Translations under genes and position numbers: made by a program
Notes under the pieces: model-generated
Databases searched by the model: none
Seen by the model: the letters and a program-made list of their open reading frames with translations, nothing else
What the model was told of the DNA's origin: nothing
Shown here: positions 1 to 9,359 of the stretch, piece by piece
How positions within the stretch are numbered: position 1 is the stretch's first letter
How the letters are laid out: each line of letters opens with the position of its first letter
Source: Octopus sinensis
Lineage: Eukaryota
Assembly (NCBI RefSeq): GCF_006345805.1
Contig: NW_021824984.1
Coordinates: 1-17,077 of the forward strand
Direction: 5' to 3'
DNA: 17,077 bases

Positions 1-913
1 GTAGAAGACCCCAGCTTGGTCCTCCAACCACGAAGTGACAGCAGAAATCAAGGCTGCATCATCTGGGAAACGCTTTCCTTTCAAAATCAACTTCATGGCT
101 GGGAAGAGGTGAAAATCAGAGGGTGCAAGGGGAGGAGTTCATAGCTGCACGCCTGTGCTTCTGATCTGGCGACACGCGAGTTGTGGACCTGAGCGTTGTC
201 CTGCAGGAGGAGGATGCCTTTGCAGATCTTTCCCCGCCTCTTGATTTTGATAGGTTCTCTTAATTTCTTCAAAAGTGAAGCATAATAGGCTCCTGTAATT
301 GTGGTACCCTTTGCCAGGAAATCTGTCATCACTACTCCGTCCTGGTCCCAGAAGACTGTGAGCATAACCTTGTCAGCGGAGGGCTGCACCCTTGCCTTCT
401 TTGGAGGAGGTGAGTCACGGTGCTTTCACTGCATTAACTGGGCTTTGGTCTATGGATCATAGTGATGGACCCAGGTTTTATCCGTGTGATCAGTCTTTTG
501 AACAATTTTGACTCATCTTCTTGGCACATCTCCAAATTCATCCTCGAGCACTCAACGCGTTCTTGCTTCTGGAAAGGTGTGAGCAACCTGGAAATCCATC
601 TGGCAGACACCTTTTGCATATGCAAATGGTCATGAATGATAGTTTCCACAGACCCAGTACTAATCTTGACCTTATGGGCTATTTGGCGAATAGTTATGCG
701 TTGACCTTCCAAAATGGCAGCCTCAACTTGACGGACAGACGTCTCATCAACGGCAGAAGGGGGCGACCAGATCTGGGAGCTGTTTCCACAGAGTTCCGAC
801 TATGCTTGAATTCACAATGCCAGCGTTTTACAAGGTCATATGATGGGGCATTATCACCATAAGTTACTTTCATTTCATCAAAAGATCACTGCTCGACACT
901 CAACAGGCTCCAT
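1..913 (-). pseudogene. Decayed mariner DD34D transposase
   Basis: ATG at 913: MEPVECRAVI/(deletion)FDEMKVTYGDNAPSYDLVKRWHCEFKHSRNSVETAPRSGRP/...ITIRQIAHKVKISTGSVETIIHDHLHMQKVSARWISRLLT (WVPRxL motif)...IT/DKTWVHHYDP*TKAQLMQ*K...SADKVMLTVFWDQDGV...LLLQDNAQVH...ELLP/LAPSDFHLFPAMKLILKGKRF. It has frameshifts, two in-frame stops and a deletion of the HPPYSPD part of the YSPDL motif. It aligns by eye to Himar1-type transposases. Confidence 0.92.
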
Positions 914-1080
914 TTCACACTTGACTCAGTTCAAAAACCTGTAAATCAGAAACCACAATTAGTTCAGAGCTGTAATTCGCCACTTAATCTATAGCGGTAT
1001 AAATAAGTGCACATGCAAAATTTCAGCTAGATCAAACAACTGCAAGTGGGTCAGGGGCATTACTTATCGAATGCCCCTCG
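1..1080 (-). mobile_element. Mariner (Tc1/mariner, irritans-like) DNA transposon, 5' part; runs off the left edge of the window
   Basis: The minus strand begins TA|CGAGGGGCATTCGATAAGTAATGCCCCTGACC at 1080, with a TA target at 1081-1082 inside a (TA)n tract. CGAGGGG-type termini are known from irritans mariners such as Hsmar2. A transposase remnant follows. Confidence 0.9.
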
Positions 1081-1267
1081 TATATATATATGCATATTTT
1101 CGTGTACCTGTGCATTATTTGTAGGTATGTATGTATGCAGGCATATATGTGTGTATATATATATATGTATGAGTAAATATATATATATATATATATATAC
1201 ATCCATAATATATACATGTATACACATACGCATACACACATACACACTCATACACACTCATACACAC

Positions 1268-1322
<55 letters not shown>
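1081..1322. repeat. Compound (TA)n/(CA)n microsatellite
   Basis: Directly visible dinucleotide tracts. Confidence 0.97.
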
Positions 1323-1661
1323 GAATATCTCGTGAAGTATATATGCCACCTAAATGTATCTAACCCTTTGGGGTGATGCAACTGTAGCTTGTAGCTCCCA
1401 AAATACATCCTCCAGCTGGCTATTGACCCACTATCTGTGCCCTATCAATATTTGCAAAGGGAAGTCAACGTTCCCATCAGTTGTAAATACTAGCTGAGTG
1501 AAGGACTGTACAAGAACTGAGGCTGCGATATCTCTGAAAATTTCTTGACGGTGAACATGAGTTTTCCCCGTTTGCCACACGAGTTTCCGTTGCTAGCCTC
1601 TTTGAAAGAGCCGAACTCTTGAATCAAGCAAAGACTATGACTGGGTGCTTAGTATCTACAA

Positions 1662-1859
1662 CAGCCGTTCTCAACCGGGGTCCATATACAATCTTGTTGC
1701 TAAAATAAATTGTTTATACAACAGTTTGTTTTATAATATTCCTAATATTCATTAAAAAAATATAAAGGGATCGTTTTAAGCATCGAAAGTTTTTTAGGGT
1801 CCGTTGTGTAAAATAAAAATCAGAGTGGTCAATAGGTAAAAATTGGCTAAGAACCACTG
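1662..1859. mobile_element. Non-autonomous hAT (Charlie/MER5-like) MITE, about 198 bp
   Basis: The left end CAGCCGTTCTCAACC and the right end GGCTAAGAACCACTG (rc CAGTGGTTCTTAGCC) are imperfect TIRs of the CAGTGGTTCTCAAC type. The interior is AT-rich. The flanking 8-mers ATCTACAA and ATATGGAA (5/8 identical) fit a decayed 8-bp TSD; the left one is close to the NTCTAGAN target. Confidence 0.7.
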
Positions 1860-2342
1860 ATATGGAATCTTGTCTAAAGCTCTCAGCCATCCACATAGGA
1901 CCTTGCGATCGGGTATTCTCTCATGGTATTCTGTATGGGGCTAGTGGCGTCAAAACGACGTCCTCCTGGTGATTCTGAATGTCGACAGAAAATCAAGTTG
2001 TTGGTTTCCTTCGGAGGGCCTTGTGCACGGGGCCCATATATAATTTCCCAGGAATCCCTACCCTGGCATTGCTGCTAGGTAGCGTGGATGAGTACATCAA
2101 ATTTTAGAGACACGGACGGGATTGCCCTCAGCTGAACCTACCTGGGATATGTGCAGAGTGACGCATCTTTTCTGTAGAAACTCCCCCAATTTGTGAACGT
2201 TGCTTACTCGAGCGTTTATGTCGAACACTTGTTGTCACTTGTGAGACTGACCTGGTTACACTATATAACAAAACTTTATACATATTTTTGTCTTTGCTCA
2301 GTAAGTTTCATTTCCAATTTGCTTCTTTCTAGAAATCAAAGG

Positions 2343-2468
2343 AAATCACTACTATTCCCTTCAAACTTTGATTTTGTCATCTGGACATCAATGTTTTGAA
2401 ACTCACTTAGTTTTCATTACATTTCAGACAGATTCAGCACTGAGATGCTGAAGCAGAAATAGCGTCAT
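2343..2468 (+). repeat. Unclassified interspersed repeat, copy 1 (copy 2 at 8072-8198)
   Basis: About 126 bp, collinear and similar to 8072-8198 (TATTCCCTTCAAACTTTG...CATTACATTTCAGACAGATTCAG...TGCTGAAGCAGAAATA). Confidence 0.85.
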
Positions 2469-2730
2469 GAGGTAGTGAGTTCTATTCCCGGACCAGGCTG
2501 TGTTGTGTTTTTGAGCAATACACTTTATTTCATGTTGCTCCATTTCACTTGGCTGTAGAAATGAGTTGTGACGTCACTGGTGCCAAGCTGTATCGGCCCC
2601 TTTGCCTTTCCCTTGGATAACATCAGCGGTGTGGAGAGGCAGGTGTGCATGGGCAACTGCTTGGCCGGGCTTGTGCCTCGGAGGAGAACATTCTAGGAGC
2701 AATCCTATGGTCATTTATGACCGAAGGGGA
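2469..2730 (+). mobile_element. 5'-truncated tRNA-derived SINE (head and core shared with the 13451-13712 SINE, different tail)
   Basis: A B-box-like GAGTTCTATTCCCGG is followed by GTTGTGTTTTTGAGCAATACACTTTATTTCATGTTGCTCC...AATGAGT, which matches the reverse complement of about 13565-13660. Confidence 0.75.
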
Positions 2731-2926
2731 TTTTGTATTAAGTGGAGGTGGATCAGATTGAAAGAGCTGGGGACACATACCATCTCTAGTTAATCCCTCA
2801 TTAACATTTTCGCTTGTAAAAAAAAAAAGCCGAGAGTGAATAAGGAAATACCCCCTCCCAGTGAATTTGTCGAAAAAGGGATGAGAGTGGTCAGCATGGT
2901 CCGAGTGTATGGGCATGCTATGCTCT

Positions 2927-3151
2927 GAGCTGGCAGAAACGTTAGCACACTGGGCGAAATGCTTAGCGGTATTTCGTCTGCCGTTACGTTCTGAGTTCAA
3001 ATTTCGCCGAGGTCGACTTTGCCTTTCATCCTTTCGGGGTCGATTAAATAAGTACCACTTACGCACTGGGGTCGATGTAATCGACTTAATTCCTTTGTCT
3101 GTCCTTCTTTGTCCCCTCTATGTTTAGCCCCTTGTAGGCAATACAGAAATA
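2927..3151 (+). mobile_element. tRNA-derived SINE (family A in this window) with a 12-bp TSD
   Basis: Near-identical to the copies at 6163-6394 and 6415-6647. It has an A-box-like TGGCAGAAACG and a B-box GAGTTCAAATT. The TSD TATGCTCTGAGC lies at 2919-2930 and 3152-3163, and its GAGC overlaps the SINE 5' end. Confidence 0.92.
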
Positions 3152-3419
3152 TATGCTCTGAGCAATTGCCCGTAGACGGGAAGGAGGAAGAAAGTAGAAG
3201 GCACTTGACTGAGGGGTCAAGGTTAACCATGGCTTTCTGGCGTCTCCACAAGAATTCCTCGGAAGCGTTCTCTTTCGAGGGGAATCATTCATTTTTGGAA
3301 TGCATTCTTATAGTTATTTTCCGCTTAAACGCTCTTTCATTTAATCTCAAAATGTCCTCCGTTTGCAACGTCCTCCATCTTATCGTAAACACTAAGTCGT
3401 TAATAAAGAACATTTTATT

Positions 3420-3649
3420 AACATTACTACTGTTATCATCATCATCATCATCATCATGGTCGTGGTCGTGGTCGTCGCCATCGTCATCATCACCATTTCT
3501 GTTAGTAGTAGTAGCAGTAGTAGTAGTAGTAGAGTGATAGTAGTAGCTGTAGCTGTATTTTCGTTTTTATTATTATTATTTTTATTCAGTAGTTTTATTT
3601 TTATAGCGTGCTTTCACTTCACTACCGAGCACAGCTCTGTGTGCCTTGG

Positions 3650-3685
<36 letters not shown>

Positions 3686-3814
3686 TATTATTATTATTAT
3701 TAATTATTATTATTATTATTATCATTCTCATTATTATTATTATTATTATTATTTTTTATTATTATTATTATATTATTATAATCATTCTCATTATTATTAT
3801 CATTATTGTCATCA

Positions 3815-3878
<64 letters not shown>
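3420..3878. repeat. Trinucleotide microsatellite cluster (CAT)n,(TAG)n,(TAT)n
   Basis: Directly visible; the long (TAT)n/(CAT)n tract spans about 3651-3878. Confidence 0.96.
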
Positions 3879-4129
3879 CAACAAAATTACTGATGTAATT
3901 TTTTGTATTCTTATCCGTTTTGTTGGTACAACGTATTGTTTCTTTTCATTTCCTTCTTTTTGCCTCTTCTTTCTTTTTTCATTTTTCTTTCTTTTTTTTT
4001 GTCATTTGAGACAAACCACGGTTAGAATAATTAAGAAGTCGAATGGAATGGGATTCTTGTGTGAAGCGGGTGAATGAAATAAATATTTATATTAGAGACA
4101 AAAAAAAATAATTAAATATATAACAGACA

Positions 4130-4247
4130 TATAGGTATAGTTAGATATAGAGATAGATTGATAGTGAGAAAGAGAGAGAGAGAGAGAAAAGAGAGAGAGG
4201 TAGAAAGAAAAACTTTTAGATTGGCCTGAAGGGTATATATATATGTG

Positions 4248-4290
<43 letters not shown>

Positions 4291-4487
4291 GTATATATGT
4301 TTGTATATACGTATATATATACATATATATATGTATATATAATATATGCTTATATGTATGTATATGCGTGTATATGTTAGTATATATAAATATATATGCA
4401 TATATATATATGTATATATGTATATATAATATATGCATATGTATAAATATGCATGCATACAAATTATATGATTATAGGTATATGTAA

Positions 4488-4527
<40 letters not shown>

Positions 4528-4810
4528 TATATATATTATAAGTATTTATCCTATGTAATATATATATATAAAAGATATATATATTATATATTATGAATAT
4601 TCATATACATACACACATACATACGCACACATATATGTATGCATGTGTATATATACATATATATATATTTACATATATATACATATATATACATATATAT
4701 ATACATATATATACATATATATACATATATATACATACATATATATGTATGTACATAAAACAAGCATATAGATAGATAAATGATTGTCGTGTAGATAGAT
4801 GTATAGATAT

Positions 4811-4885
<75 letters not shown>
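4130..4885. repeat. Compound microsatellite (GA)n,(TA)n,(TACA)n,(TAGA)n
   Basis: Directly visible; perfect (TAGA)n at about 4812-4885. Confidence 0.96.
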
Positions 4886-4886
<1 letters not shown>

Positions 4887-5269
4887 CCAATCACTGAGTC
4901 AAATATATTAATCGGAGCAAAAGATATGAAAAGACTGGAATTGATTTTGTCTGGAAAATACGATGTTGTAAAACAACAACAACAAACATTGCTAGTGGCA
5001 ACAACAATAACAAGAACAACAACAAAATGAACAAAACCACTAAAACAACAACAGTAGCAACAACTGCAATCGCTTCATCACCACGCGCCATATTGGCAAC
5101 TAAATCTCCTTCAAATCTTATCCTAACAACTAAAAACGGATGGATGTGTCAAATAATGTAAACCTGAGTGGAAAGAAAACGCGGTGCCGGCCATTTGAAT
5201 GTCGGTCGTACGACGAACTTTCGTCACACGAAGACATCTGTTCCAAATCTGCCAGACGCCATGACAGAA

Positions 5270-5460
5270 TGAGAGAGAGAGGGAGAGAGAGAAAGAGAGA
5301 GAGGCGGGGAGAGAGGGAGAGAGAGTTAACACAACACACACATACATGCAATATGTATGTATGTATATATATGTATATATATATATGTATGTATATATAC
5401 ATATATTGTATACATGTATATATTAAGATGAATTATATAGGCATATATATTATATATATA

Positions 5461-5498
<38 letters not shown>

Positions 5499-5544
5499 GT
5501 ATATACACACACATATATATCCGTATAAATTCATATATATATAA

Positions 5545-5593
<49 letters not shown>

Positions 5594-5669
5594 TACATAT
5601 GCTAGGAGATATATCAAGTATATATTTACATGTATATATATGTATAAATGTTATGTACATTTACATGTT

Positions 5670-5740
<71 letters not shown>

Positions 5741-5755
5741 CTGTGTGTGTGCGTG
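5270..5755. repeat. Compound microsatellite (GA)n,(TA)n,(TG)n
   Basis: Directly visible. Confidence 0.96.
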
Positions 5756-6162
5756 TAGGAATCCTTCGCCGTACAGAGTAGGAATGAATTCCTAAAAACC
5801 TGTCGTGACGAAACGTCAGGTGTCACGAAATAGTCTTCCAATGATTTTTGCGGATTATAAAGTGGTAATCTATTTCGATAGACATTTTTTTTTTCTTACT
5901 AAATAAATCGAAAATAGATAACTACATAAATAAATAAATAAATAAATAGATAACACGATCACTTTTTTATGCATAAAAAATAAATAGCATCTAACAATAC
6001 GTAGTACAATATATAGGCCCCTCATCACAAAGAAAACATTTGAAGACTAATACTGGTGAAAGTAAATAAAAATCGTAATAGCACAATAGGGTACGCTCTT
6101 ATCACAAAAGATGTTGTCTACTGTGCGAGGGTTGGAGTCGTTGGTAGTGGTGAAATTAAGTA

Positions 6163-6394
6163 AGGCGGCGAACTGGCAGAAACGTTAGCAAGCCGGGCGA
6201 AATGCTAAGCGGTATTTCGTCTGCCGTTACGTTCTGAGTTCAAATTCCGCCGAGGTCGACTTTGCCTTTCATCCTTTCGGGGTCGATAAATTAAGTACCA
6301 GTTACGCACTGGGATCGATGTGATCGACTTGATCTGTCTGTCTGTCCTTGCTTGTCTCCTCTGTGTTTAGCCCCTTGTGGGTAGTAAAGAAATA
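6163..6394 (+). mobile_element. SINE family A, full-length copy 1 of a tandem pair
   Basis: AGGCGGCGAACTGGCAGAAACG...GAGTTCAAATTCC (B box)...GCCTTTCATCCTTTCGGGGTCGATAAATTAAGTACC...GCCCCTTGTGGGTAGTAAAGAAATA. Flanked by GGTAGTGGTGAAATTA at 6143-6158 and 6395-6410. Confidence 0.93.
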
Positions 6395-6414
6395 GGTAGT
6401 GGTGAAATTAAGTA

Positions 6415-6647
6415 AGGCGGCGAGCTGGCAGAAACGTTAGCAAGCCGGGCGAAATGCTAAGCGGTATTTCGTCTGCCGTTACGTTCTGAGTTCAAATTCC
6501 GCCGAGGTCGACTTTGCCTTTCATCCTTTCGGGGTCGATAAATTAAGTACCAGTTACGCACTGGGATCGATGTAATCGACTTAATACGTTTGTCTGTCCT
6601 TGTTTGTCCCCCTCTGTGTTTAGCCCCTTGTGGGCAGTAAAGACATA
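6415..6647 (+). mobile_element. SINE family A, full-length copy 2 of a tandem pair
   Basis: Same sequence as copy 1, followed by a third TSD copy GGTAGTGGTGGAATTA at 6648-6663. Confidence 0.93.
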
Positions 6648-6759
6648 GGTAGTGGTGGAATTATAGTTATTGAGACGGTGAGGAAACTATCTCACACCGT
6701 TAGCATCTACTTGTTTATAGCGCATCGTTTCTTTATCCAGCTGGGCAAGCCTCTTCTTC

Positions 6760-6890
6760 TGAACCCCTTCTTGTAATGTTTTTTATTACATTCAAGATGA
6801 GGGTTTTTTATCAAAATCTTGCAGACCATCTTCCATAACTTCCATCTCTTTAGAAATATTCTAATTAATGTTCTTTTCTCTCAATTTTAA
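6760..6890 (-). mobile_element. Possible highly decayed Tx1/L1-like LINE ORF2 C-terminal fragment
   Basis: The minus strand reads IERK/RTLIRIFLKRWKLWKMV (needs one frameshift), the same R-x7-F-x2-RW spacing as at 11176 and 12025. The downstream ATTACAAGAAGGGGTTC resembles 12130-12152. Confidence 0.3.
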
Positions 6891-6960
6891 TGGAATTAGT
6901 GGAATTTTATTCTTCTAATCTGTATCCTTAGCTTTCTCTTTTCCTAACAGTGTCAACTCT

Positions 6961-7973
6961 TTATTATTAATTTTTTTTCTCTCTAGTTTCAGCTCAGAGC
7001 TGCGGCCATGCTGGTGCACCACCGTTTTGTGCTACTCTGTTATTACTAAGAGTCTCCTCTAATATGTGGCACTTGGTGAAGAATGGAGTTTGACATAGCT
7101 ACCCTCATTTGCACCTCTTGCCGTGAGGTAGGTTTATCTGGGACTCTCTACAGGAAGAGGTCCAGCTTTGATTTAAAAACCCCTGCATCTACTTTGCGCA
7201 ACTTCCTCAGACTCTTTGGGAGAATATTAAAAAGCTGTGGGCCATTGAAACCCAGCTGTTGCAGTAATATGTGGTGCTTGGTGAAGAATGGAGTTTTATA
7301 TAGCTACCCTCATTTGCATCTCCTGCCAGATGTAGGCTCATCTGGGATTCTCGATAGGAAGAGGTCCAGCTTTGATTTAAAAACCCCTGCATCTACTTTG
7401 CGCAACTTCCTCAGACTCTTTGGGAGAATATTAAAAAGCTGTGGGCCATTGAAACCCAAGCTGTTGCAGTAATATGTGGTGCTTGGTGAAGAATGGAGTT
7501 TTATATAGCTACCCTCATTTGCATCTCCTGCCAGGATGTAGGCTCATCTGGGATTCTCGATAGGAAGAGGTCCAGCTTTGATTTAAAAACCCCTGCATCT
7601 ACTTTGTGCAAGTTCCTCAAACTCTTTGGGAGAATATTAAAAAGCTGTGGGCCCTTGAAACCCAAGCTGTTGCAGTAATATGTGGTGCTTGGTGAAGAAT
7701 GGAGTTTTATATAGCTACCCTCATTTGCATCTCCTGCCAGGATGTAGGCTCATCTGGGATTCTCGATAGGAAGAGGTCCAGCTTTGATTTAAAAACACCA
7801 ACATCTACTTTGTGCAAGTTCCTCAAACTCCTTGGGAGAATATTAAAAAACTGTGGACCCTTGAAACCCAAGCTGTTGCAGTAACTGGTCCTGAAGCGTG
7901 ATGGCATTGCTGGGATCTTTGGCACTATGCAGTGTCGTCCCGTTCTGGCATTGGTGTAGCTTTCAATGCCAAA
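6961..7973 (-). mobile_element. 3' end of a CR1/L2-group LINE (ORF2 C-terminus plus 3' tail) with an internal tandem amplification
   Basis: The minus strand gives FGIESYTNARTGRHCIVPKIPAMPSRFRTSYCNSLGFKGPQFFNILPRSLRNLHKVDVGVFKSKLDLFLSRIPDEP...; the 'GPxLFNxLPxxLR...FKxKLDxFL' pattern is typical of CR1/L2-like ORF2 ends. The last unit ends RVAMSNSILHQVPHIRGDS* (TAG at 7048-7046), followed by a short 3' UTR and an A/TAA-rich tail at about 6961-6980. Confidence 0.85.
7060..7881. repeat. Four tandem units of 205-206 bp (7060-7264, 7265-7469, 7470-7675, 7676-7881) derived from the LINE 3' end
   Basis: Each unit starts TAATATGTGG...TTGGTGAAGAATGGAGTTT and ends GCTGTTGCAG. The ORF track shows repeated peptides (RKRSSFDLKTP...). 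Confidence 0.96.
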
Positions 7974-8071
7974 AATAAACTTTTTTCTATGGGACACTAG
8001 CAACTCAACCACAACATCCTCTAGGACTTCCTCAATGTCCACGAAATTTGCAGGTGTCACAATATCATTTC

Positions 8072-8198
8072 AAATAACTATTATTCCCTTCAAACTTTGC
8101 TTTTTATCACTTGGTCGTCAATGTTTTGTAACTTACGTATGTTCCATTACATTTCAGACAGATTCAGTACTGAGTTGCTGAAGCAGAAATATCGTTAT
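8072..8198 (+). repeat. Unclassified interspersed repeat, copy 2 (copy 1 at 2343-2468)
   Basis: Collinear similarity with 2343-2468. Confidence 0.85.
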
Positions 8199-8313
8199 AG
8201 CAAATATTCTGTTCGATACCACGGATTTGCTTGTCACTTGCTTGACCATAATCACTTCAACATGTCCTTCAGTGTCTGACAATACATGCATCTCTAACCA
8301 CGAGTAGGAGAAG
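8196..8313 (+). repeat. Fragment of the interspersed repeat at 11490-12012, inverted
   Basis: TATAGCAAATATTCTGTTCGATACCACGGATTTGCTTGTCACTTGCTTGACC... matches the reverse complement of about 11826-11938 (TACAGCAAATATTCTGCTCAATACCACAGATTTGCTTATCAGTTGCTTGGAC...). Confidence 0.85.
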
Positions 8314-8403
8314 TGTATGTATGTATGTATGTATGTATGTATGTATGTATGTATGTATGTATGTATGTATGTATGTATGTATGTATGCATGTATGTATGT
8401 ATG
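8313..8403. repeat. (TATG)n microsatellite
   Basis: Directly visible. Confidence 0.97.
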
Positions 8404-8651
8404 ATTGTATGTCATTATTTTATTTCAAAAGGGCAGGTTTCTAACCTTGATCCAAGGGTCCTTCATTGGAATTTCAACAACATCATGAGGGCATTTTTGC
8501 ATGTATGTATTTATATGTGCAGTATTTGGAGTCAGCGCATGTGCACATTTGTATGTTTTGTTTTATGTATGCATTTTCATGCATATAGTTGCATATATAT
8601 GTATATATATATATATATTGCAGGTAACGTAAATAGACATGAAAAACTAAA

Positions 8652-8850
8652 CAATGACCTAGTGGTTAGGGCAGCGGACTCGCGGTCGCAGGATCGTGAT
8701 TGCGATTCCCAGACCAGGCGTTGTGAGTGTTTATTGAGCGAAAACACCTAAAAGCTCCACGAGACTCCCATTCTTTCTTCTGTTGGCCTGCTCGCTTAGC
8801 CAGCGGGGTGGCATCATTCGATGGTCTGGTCGGTCACGTGATCACGTGAT
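8652..8850 (+). mobile_element. tRNA-derived SINE: head shared with the 12902-13283 SINE, short alternative tail
   Basis: CAATGACCTAGTGGTTAGGGCAGCGGACTCGCGGTCGCAGGATCG...GATTCCCAGACCAGGCGTTGTGAGTGTTTATTGAGCGAAAACACCTAAAAGCTCCACGAG matches the reverse complement of about 13160-13275. It then diverges and ends TCACGTGATCACGTGAT. Confidence 0.85.
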
Positions 8851-8957
8851 ATATATATATATATATACACACACACATACATATAAATATATACATATAA
8901 ATATATACATACACACATACATACATACATACATACATACATACATACATACATACA

Positions 8958-8992
<35 letters not shown>

Positions 8993-9014
8993 GTGTGTGT
9001 GTGTGTGTGTGTGT
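8850..9014. repeat. Compound (TA)n/(CATA)n/(TG)n microsatellite
   Basis: Directly visible. Confidence 0.96.
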
Positions 9015-9359
9015 AGATAAATTAGAGAAGAACCACCACACGGCTAGATCGAACTTGGAACCATCAGTCTGTGAAGGAGAGAAACTTTTAAACACGATGT
9101 GATGCCTATGTGTAAGAACATAACGAAATCTAGACTGCGTAGTTCGACTCACTAAAAGTGGTAGCCAATATCCCTGAAAAAACTTTCTTTTAAGTACGAA
9201 GAAATTGGAAAATTTTGCTCTAGAAATGCAACCCCCCACCCAAAAAAAATGTGGTAGTCACACACTGGAATGTCTTTTATCAGTGATCTCCTGATTACAG
9301 TGGATATGGAGTTAGTCAGTGAGAATAACTAATCTATATATAGAAAAATAAAGAAGAAA

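Noticed and set aside
2623-3127. 147-aa and 72-aa ORFs with ordinary-looking composition
   Set aside because: They overlap SINE sequence on either strand and show no recognisable domain.
7083-7884. Plus-strand ORFs with repeated peptides (MEFYIATLICISCQD...)
   Set aside because: They are antisense to the LINE ORF2 remnant, and the repetition is explained by the DNA tandem array. The array is not CRISPR-like because it has no unique spacers.
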